From contig OX597823.1 in NCBI GenBank assembly GCA_951406725.2, positions 78,616,001 through 78,680,000 of the forward strand: a DNA stretch of 64,000 nucleotides, read 5' to 3'. The notes beneath the pieces were generated by a model. The model was not told where the DNA came from. It ran no database searches and was given only the letters and a program-made list of their open reading frames with translations. Source of the DNA: Octopus vulgaris (taxonomy: Eukaryota). Positions within the stretch are counted from its first letter, which is position 1, and each line of letters opens with the position of its first letter. Positions 56,758 to 64,000 of the stretch are shown here, piece by piece. Both the position numbers and the translations under genes were made by a program.

Positions 56758-57168
56758 AGGCGTAGGAGTGGCTGTGTGGTAAGTAGCTTGCTTACAAACC
56801 ACATGGTTCCAGGTTCAGTCCCATTGCGTGGCACCTTGGGCAAGTGTCTTCTACTATAGCCTCGGGCTGACCAAAGCCTTGTGAGTGGATTTGGCAGATG
56901 GAAACTGAAAGAAGCCCATCATATATATGTATAAATATATATATATATGTGTATGTGTATGTTTGTGTCCATGTCTGTCTCCCCAACATCACTTGACAAC
57001 CGATGCTGGTGTGTTTACATCCCCGTAACTTAGCAGTTTGGCAAAAGAGACCAATAAAATAAGTACTAGGCTTACAAAAAATAAGTCCTGGGGTTGATTT
57101 GCTCAAGTAAAGGTGGTGCACCAGTATGGCCACAGTCAAATGACTGAAACAAGTAAAAGTAAAAGATA
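56758..57168 (+). mobile_element. Full-length SINE family A
   Basis: Complete head-to-tail match. Confidence 0.9.
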
Positions 57169-57740
57169 TATACATATATATATCTTGAGTTGTAGCTGTA
57201 ATTCAAAGGGGCCAGATTGTTATATTCTGAATGAGGCTGAATCTCCCTGTCCTGGAAAATTCCAAGGATTGGAGGAAGGACTTTCTGGAAAAGTCAAAGG
57301 AGGGGAAGAAGGGGAGGAAGGACTTCCTGGAAAATTCCGAGGAGGGGATGAGTGTGACAATCTGGAAAAGTCCGAGAAGGTGTGAGTAGGATTTCCTGGA
57401 AAAGTCTGAGGAGGGGAGAAAGGAGAGGGAGGAAGGACTTCCTGGTAATATCTGAGAAGGGCTGGGTACTTCCTCAGTAGCAGTTTTTGTGATACTTTTG
57501 TGATGTTTTTGCAGCTTTAAAAATAAAGCATAATACTCTACCTCCGGTATTCAAGTACTATTTTTTCTCACCTTGTTTTACATTTATGCACTTTCATGGG
57601 TGTACATACATACATACATACGTACTAACACACACACATATATATATATATAGATAGATTATATATATATACGCATATAAACACACATACATGCATATAT
57701 ATATGTATATATATATACATATATGAAAAAACAAGTCAAG

Positions 57741-57783
<43 letters not shown>

Positions 57784-57810
57784 AGTGAGTGGATAAATGA
57801 ACAGACTTAT

Positions 57811-57853
<43 letters not shown>

Positions 57854-57953
57854 CATACATATATATATATATGTCTGTGTGTAACAAAATACAGAAAACA
57901 AACATAATGTTTGATGCTACACAAAATGCACATGCTGTCTTTCAGCAAAATAT

Positions 57954-58103
57954 TGCCAAGATTACATAATTGTTTGTTGAAATATTGTATAATCTTGTTA
58001 ATTCACCTCTTCTGTGTTTAGAAAGAAATACACTGCTAAACACTGAAGAGGTAAATTAACTAGATTATATAATCTTTCAAAAAGCAATTATGTAATCCAG
58101 GCA
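57954..58103. repeat. Imperfect 68-bp-arm palindrome
   Basis: Arms 57954-58021 and 58036-58103 align without gaps, about 59/68 complementary. Confidence 0.85.
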
Positions 58104-58482
58104 GTAACTTGCCAAAAGGTGGGTATGCTTTATAAAGCATAAGCTATGATTTATGTTTACTATACTTTATCAATATTATTATATGGCTCATATTCCACAT
58201 AGGAGTCTGTCCCATAGTTTGAGGCCCCACATTGTACAACATTGGATATAGGAGTGAAGTGGGAGACTTACTACTGAGTTTGAACTTTGGTAAGGGTCAC
58301 AATTCAGATATTTTTCCTTCCCTCTCCACCTCTCTCTTTCTCTTTTCCCTATCTCTTTCTCTTTCCCTCTCTATCTCTCCCTCTCACACACCCTATACAT
58401 ATGTATACACACACACACACACACACATACACACAAAAACACACACACAAAAACACACACACATATATATATCTATATAAGT

Positions 58483-58808
58483 GAGGGCACGTGGCTTAGT
58501 GGTTAGGGCATTTGGCTCATGATCATAAGGTTGTGAGTTCGATTCCCGGCAATGCGTTGTGTCCTTGAGCAAGACACTTTATTGCACATTGCTCCAGTCC
58601 ACTCAGCCGGCAAACATGAGTAGTACCTGTATTTCAAAAAAAGGGCCAGCCTTGTCACACTCTGTGTCACACTGAATCTCCTTGCGAACTATGTTAAGGG
58701 CACACATGTCTGTGGAATGATCAGCCACTTACACGTTAATTTCATGAGCAGGCTGTTCCATTGATTGTATCAGCTGGGACCCTTGTCGTCATAACCAACG
58801 GAGTGCTT
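58483..58808 (+). mobile_element. SINE family D, full length
   Basis: A box TGGCTTAGTGG, B box GAGTTCGATTCCC, CORE-like domain. Confidence 0.87.
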
Positions 58809-58817
58809 ATATATATA

Positions 58818-58987
58818 TACACTCACAGAGTGGTTGGCGTTAGGAAGGGCATCCAGCTGTAGAAACACTGCCAGATAAGACTGGAGCCTGGTGCAGCCTT
58901 CTGGCTTCCCAGATCCCCGGTCGAACCGTCCAACCCATGCTAGCATGGAGAACGGACGTTAAACGATGATGATGATGATGATGATGA
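58818..58987 (+). mobile_element. RTE 3' terminal fragment with (GAT)n tail
   Basis: GTGGTTGGCGTTAGGAAGGGCATCCAGC...CCCATGCTAGCATGG. Confidence 0.85.
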
Positions 58988-59414
58988 TATATATATATAT
59001 ATATATAGGTTATGAGAGGTAATGGTGTCAATAAGCTCCAAAGGTCATTTTGAATAAAACCTCAATTCAATAGCACTGTGTACAAACTCTATACTTGGAA
59101 TGACCAACTTTAAATACTATTGGAATTTACTCACAAGGTATTGGAATCTTATACGTATACCATTCTGCCTAGATAATGGATCTACAAATGCAATATCCCT
59201 GCATATCTCACATCTATTTTCTTTCCTCTACTTCACTCTCTATTTCATATCTTATTTAGAATAACTATTACTTAACCATTTTCTCACACCATCTCCAATG
59301 AAGGGATATAAAAATTATCCCAGAAACGGCTGCAAGACCTTCTATCTATAAATGTTCTAAAATCTATACAGCCTTCGTTTTTTATCTCATTTTGAAAAAA
59401 ATTTTTATATATAT

Positions 59415-59665
59415 ATCATCATCATCATCATCGTTTAACATCTGTTTTCCATGCTAGCATGGGTTGGATGGTTCGACCAGGGTTTGGGAATCTAGGAGGC
59501 TGCACCAGTCTGATCTGGCAGTGTTTCTACAGCTGGATGCCCTTTCTAATGCCAAACACTCCACGAGTGTCACTGGCACAGGGACTAGAGGAAGCTGGCA
59601 ATGGCCACAGTTAGTTGGTGGTTTTTGCATGCCACCGGCATGGAAGCCAGCCAAGGCAGCACTGG
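59415..59665 (-). mobile_element. RTE 3' UTR copy
   Basis: Same family as 46708-47200. Confidence 0.8.
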
Positions 59666-60139
59666 CAAAAAAAAAAAAAGAAAAATGAGAGAAAGGGATA
59701 ATGGATTTTATTATATTCTTTATTATTCACAATGATAATTTTGATCCATCTTGCATTGGTCCCTTGCAGTCAAGATTCTGCACAACTGGTTGTAGTGCAT
59801 CTTTCTGTACAGAGGTGTCTCATCAGGTGACTTTTCAAAGAATGTTTTGATCAATAAACTTGGTTTCGCTTGGTTCATTTATAATGTATCCCATCATTTA
59901 TTTGCCTGTAGCTGGTTGCTCACAGGGTTTTGTGATTTTTCAAATCACATACATACATACATACATACATACATACATACATAGGCACAGGCATGGCTGT
60001 CTAGTAAGAAGTTTGCTTCCCAACCACATGGTTCTGGACTCAGTCCCACTGAATGGCACATTGGGTAAATGTCTTTTACTATAGCCTTGGCACCAAAGCC
60101 TTATGAGTGAATTTGGTAGACAGAAGCTGAAAAAAGTAT

Positions 60140-60359
60140 ATTATTTACATTATTTACGATTGGCAGATATTTGTCCTCATCTTTGTTGTTAACACAACGT
60201 TTCGGCTGATATACCCTCCAGCCTGCATCAGGTGTCTTGGGGAAATTTCAAACCTGGGTTCCCATTCCTAAGGTATTTTTCAGGCATATGACACAGTGGT
60301 TAAGAGCACGGGCTACTAACCCCAAGATTCCAAGTTTGATTCCAAGAAGTGACCTGAAC

Positions 60360-60415
<56 letters not shown>

Positions 60416-60604
60416 TAATAACAACATCGAAAAATACCATAGGAATGAGAACCCAGGTTCGAAATTTCCCCAGGACACCTGATGAAGGCTGGAGGGTATA
60501 TCAGCCGAATCGTTGTGCTAACAGCAAAAAAGATGAGGACAAATATCTGCCAATTGTAAATAAAGTAAATAATGTACATAACTCCTCATCTCTTAAATAT
60601 AGAA
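60140..60604 (+). mobile_element. tRNA-headed, hammerhead-bearing element with PLE-type inverted repeat
   Basis: 13-bp TSD CTGAAAAAAGTAT (60127-60139, 60605-60617); inverted arms 60140-60281 / 60429-60575; tRNA-like head 60283-60355; (TAA)n spacer. Confidence 0.8.
60475..60518 (+). ncRNA. Minimal type-I hammerhead motif (mirror copy on minus strand at 60192-60235)
   Basis: acac-CTGATGA-a-ggctg-loop-cagcc-GAA(T)-cg-TT-gtgc; the mirror copy has intact GAAAC but CTGATGC. Confidence 0.65.
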
Positions 60605-61011
60605 CTGAAAAAAGTATGTTGCAGACAAGTGGTGTTGGTGTGTTTCCATCCCTGTAACTTCAGCAAAAGAAACAGATAGAATAAGAATCAAGCTAGAAAA
60701 CAAGATAAGAGTGGGGGTCGATTAGTGCAACTAAAATGCTTTCATTTTAGGACTTTACTACCACTACACATCTACACATGTATATATCCTAGATCATATA
60801 GACAAAACACAAAACAAAAAAAAAATTTTTTTAAAACAATTATCTGATGTACATTCCTGTATGAAGTTTATCACTGACACACTTCAACCTCTGTTGGATA
60901 TCATCAGCTTTGGTATTGTTAGAACTAAATGAATTTAATATCCTTTTGATGGTATATATTTACATTCCACAAATAGTTGGTCATGATCATCATTCCATAA
61001 ATATAAGATAG

Positions 61012-61462
61012 ACTAGCTATTTTGACCCGTGCTTTGCTCAGGTTTTGGTGGTGGTGTTGTTTTGTGCGTATTGTCTCTTTTTCTCTTTCTTCTTTTGTTC
61101 ATCTTCTTTGCCTGGTTCTTTTTATTGCCCTCTTCTTTACCCTCCTTTCCAAAATCCCCCAAATTTTTACACCCACAATTAAAGATAATCGCCTCTAGCC
61201 CCTGCACCAACATGAAAAGCCACCATTATTCAAACAGCGCAACATGTCTATCCCATAAAACTCAATTTTTCCCATATTGGTAGCCCCGAGAGACTTGCAA
61301 TCCTCCTCACACCATTGCCCACCACATTTTACCCCCCCCCCCAGTGTAAATTGTGGTGCCAATCCGACCCTATCTACCGCCCCATAAACCATTCCCATCC
61401 CAAAGTGAGACAAATAACCAAGAAATCAAACAACTTTTTCATATTTCAGCTTCATAGATTAG
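61012..61462. mobile_element. Probable non-autonomous Helitron-like repeat
   Basis: Starts ACTAGC..TGACCCGTGCTTTGCTCAGG, resembling the CTAG plus subterminal hairpin end of Lep1-type Helitrons read on the opposite strand. Confidence 0.4.
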
Positions 61463-61486
61463 TGGAGAAATGTTTTTTTAACTATA

Positions 61487-62355
61487 CAGAGTGTTCAGGC
61501 TAAATTTAACAGTTTGCACAAAAGGAAAGGAAAACACAGTATGCCATCCCAAACCAATAGTATTTTGGTTTAAATAAAAAAAAAAGCATTAACTAGATTA
61601 TGGTTGGGAGATAATAGTTTACTCTATTTGCACTCAGCTTCCACCAGTCTCAAGACTGCTCCAGAATATGATGCAATCTAATCTCAGGGAAGATCTTTGA
61701 ATGCCTCTTAGATCTTGGCTTCCAGCTCAGCTTTGATGTTGCAGACAGAGCGGTCAGTGTCTTTCTCAACTGCACCCAAACATAGTAATCTATGGGAATA
61801 CAATCCAGGGAATAAGAAGGCTAGAAATTGGAGCTAGTGAAGTCTGAAAAATTCTTATACAACCACATCTGGCTCTTTCCAGAGGTATGGCATGGAGCCA
61901 AATCCTGCTGCCACTCATATGGCCTTCTAGCAGTAGCTCTTTCCAGTCAGGGTTTGACTACAGTCTCCTGCAGCTTTACATTCTTATCTGGGTTTAAGTC
62001 TAAGGTCCTGTTCAAAGATTTGGCTTGGCATGAATCCACTCTCACTGGAAGCATACCAAAAGACCATCACAGTTTGGGGTAACTTAGTTTTCATGATATT
62101 CACGTCACGTCTTACAGCCTTTACAGTGTTCGCAGAGCATTGAGCAGCCGTCATGATGCCAGCATTTTAACGCCTAGCACAAATCATCATAATACAGGTA
62201 ACACTTTTCCAATATTCAGATTGCTTCCAGTCTTCCAAGTCAGCTAACTTTTTCTCAGCTACAACTTCAGTCTTTTTGCTCTACAATGCCATCGACTGTT
62301 CATGAAAAAAAGGAGACATAAAAAAAAAATCTTCAAATTTAGCCTGAACACTCTA
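61487..62355 (-). mobile_element. DD37D (maT-like) Tc1/mariner element, internally deleted
   Basis: TIR AGAGTGTTCAGGCTAAATTT at both ends; WQQDLAPCH...SLDCIPIDYY with 37 residues between the last two Asp. Confidence 0.85.
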
Positions 62356-63106
62356 TGATATCCCCTCTCACTCTTCAATCTGTAAAATGCTTGTAAATGT
62401 AAACTAAAACAACAGTAGTATCGTATAAGTGATATCTGTAGAGTATATCACTATAGATTATATAGAGGCCATGTTGAAACTAGTGATAGCCTTGCAAAGG
62501 TTCTAGAGTTTTATAACAAAATTCTAGAATATCAGTTTCGATAAAGTTTAGAACCTGTAACATTGATAAATGGGTTATTGATATTTTGGTTATTTGGTTA
62601 AGATGGTTAGCTGAATAAAATGAATGTTGCTGGTTTAGACTAAATTTTGTCTACGTGCTGTTTTGTCTAGGAAGTCCATTTTAGATATTTTATGAGGCCA
62701 TTTATTTATACATAAACATTACAATGATTACAATAGTTTCTTGTTGAGGCTGTATTGCTGGTTATCAGGAATGAGTTATGTGTGTATGTTGTGTCTGGCT
62801 AAGAATTGGATAGCTGCATAGTTGCATGTGGTGAGACGGTAGAATTAAGAAGTTCATTGTAGACAAAGTGATTGTTTTCAACCCGAGGTCAAGAAGTGAG
62901 CAAGAATCCTAAATTCATCTCTCCTGTCAAGAACTTCTTTCAAACCTCTGCACTGATTGTCCCACGGTTCTATATTTACAACCATATTTTGACTGAAAAA
63001 TCATAGAAAATTCCATCAATCATATGATTGCAGCTGAAATATTATTGGTGAGAATCCAAGGCAAGTTGCTTGTTATGATGTGGCCTATTTCTTGTTATTG
63101 GACTAA

Positions 63107-63390
63107 TCATCATCATCATCATCATCATCATAGTTTAACGTCCGTTTTCCATGCTAGTATGGGTTGGACGGTTTGACTGGGGTCTGGGAAGCCAGGAGGC
63201 TGCACCAGGCTCCAGTCTGATCTGCCAGTGTTTCTACAGCTGGATGCCCTTCCTAACCACTCCGTGAGTGTAGTGGGTGCTTTTTACATGCCACCGGCAC
63301 AGGTGCTAGGGGAGGCAGGCAACGGCCACGATCGGTTGGTGCTTTTTACGTGCCACCGGCACGGAAGCCAGTCAAGGCGGTGCTGGCATG
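63107..63390 (-). mobile_element. RTE 3' UTR copy
   Basis: (CAT)n tail plus family consensus. Confidence 0.85.
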
Positions 63391-63842
63391 TGGTTTCAAA
63401 TTTAAGCCCCACTACAGACCAATGTCTACATTCTCATTATTTGCTGTAGTGTGGTGTACTTCATTCCAGATCACAGATGTGGAGAGCAGGGCTTGGTAAG
63501 GCATTGCTTATGGCATCAACCCACTACTTGGTGTCCTGTAAGTTTTAATGAAGTTGGACGATATGACTCAATACAAAGTTAGAACATATTGTATCGTACA
63601 CATCACCTTTATTATTTTTATCCTATTGGGTCACATAGAATGCTATATTGATAAACATATGAGTCTGTGAACAGCTGAGATGAGAAGTTGACAAGATTTA
63701 TTTTTTTGTGGTCTGAAGAAAGAGGCTATGCTCATGCAAATCCTCTGAGACCTGTGAGGTGCTGACAATGTTTCCATTCCACTCGATCTTAATCAACTAA
63801 TTCATTCCCACCAAATTTGTAGATTTGTACCTTGTCCTAGAA

Positions 63843-64000
63843 ATTATTATTATTATTATTCAGATCACTGCCTGGAATCGAACTCAGAATCTTGGGCTTA
63901 GTAACCCGCACTCTTAACCACTACGCCATATGCCCATGGGCATATGGTGTAGTGGTTAAGAGCACGGGCAACTAACCCCAAGATTCCGAGTTCGATTCCA
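63843..64000. mobile_element. Head-to-head inverted dimer of the tRNA-like head found at 60283
   Basis: Palindrome centred at 63936/63937 (ATATGCCCATGGGCATAT); A box TGG(C/T)GTAGTGG and B box GAGTTCGATTCC on both arms; runs off the window end. Confidence 0.85.

Larger units (their letters stand above)
55921..57532. repeat. Long inverted repeat pair (55921-56075 / ~57250-57532) with ~40-bp internal subrepeats
   Basis: TTATGCTTTATTTTTAAAG..GCTACTGAGGAAGTACCCAGCCC matches the reverse complement of 57457-57532. Confidence 0.85.
59983..60740 (+). mobile_element. SINE family A interrupted by the 60140-60604 insertion
   Basis: Head at 59983-60135; tail resumes after 60617. Confidence 0.75.

Noticed and set aside
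60283-60355. Functional tRNA gene (also 32255, 55425, 58483, 63938)
   Set aside because: Acceptor stems do not pair properly and each continues into a repeat body, so these are SINE heads
62400-63090. Possible decayed Penelope RT on the minus strand (and GIY-YIG-like traces at 48700-49100)
   Set aside because: Too degenerate to support by eye; needs a frameshift-aware HMM search

Overview
This is AT-rich, repeat-saturated eukaryotic DNA. The SINE families and the density of (TA)n/(CA)n/(TATG)n/(TAA)n/(ACC)n repeats look like an octopod (Octopus-type) cephalopod genome; this is inferred from repeat content only. No intact host protein-coding gene is visible, and nearly all supplied ORFs are microsatellite or transposon artefacts. 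The window holds at least four tRNA-derived SINE families, decayed RTE, CR1-like and R4/Dong-like LINE pieces, Penelope-like element (PLE) remnants, and Tc1, mariner and DD37D transposons. It also holds TTAA/piggyBac-type and Tigger-type MITEs and a Helitron helicase fragment. The most notable signal is a set of minimal type-I hammerhead ribozyme motifs in PLE-style inverted repeats. One is a TSD-bounded element fusing a tRNA-derived Pol III head to a hammerhead-bearing repeat (60140-60604), and a head-to-head dimer of the same head lies at 63843-64000; together they suggest a Penelope-mobilised ribozyme-SINE. Also notable are a SINE/LINE pair sharing a covarying 3' stem-loop, a 5'-inverted RTE insertion with a 16-bp TSD, and a duplicated putative terminal exon. 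All coordinates and alignments were done by eye, so ends of decayed elements are approximate.
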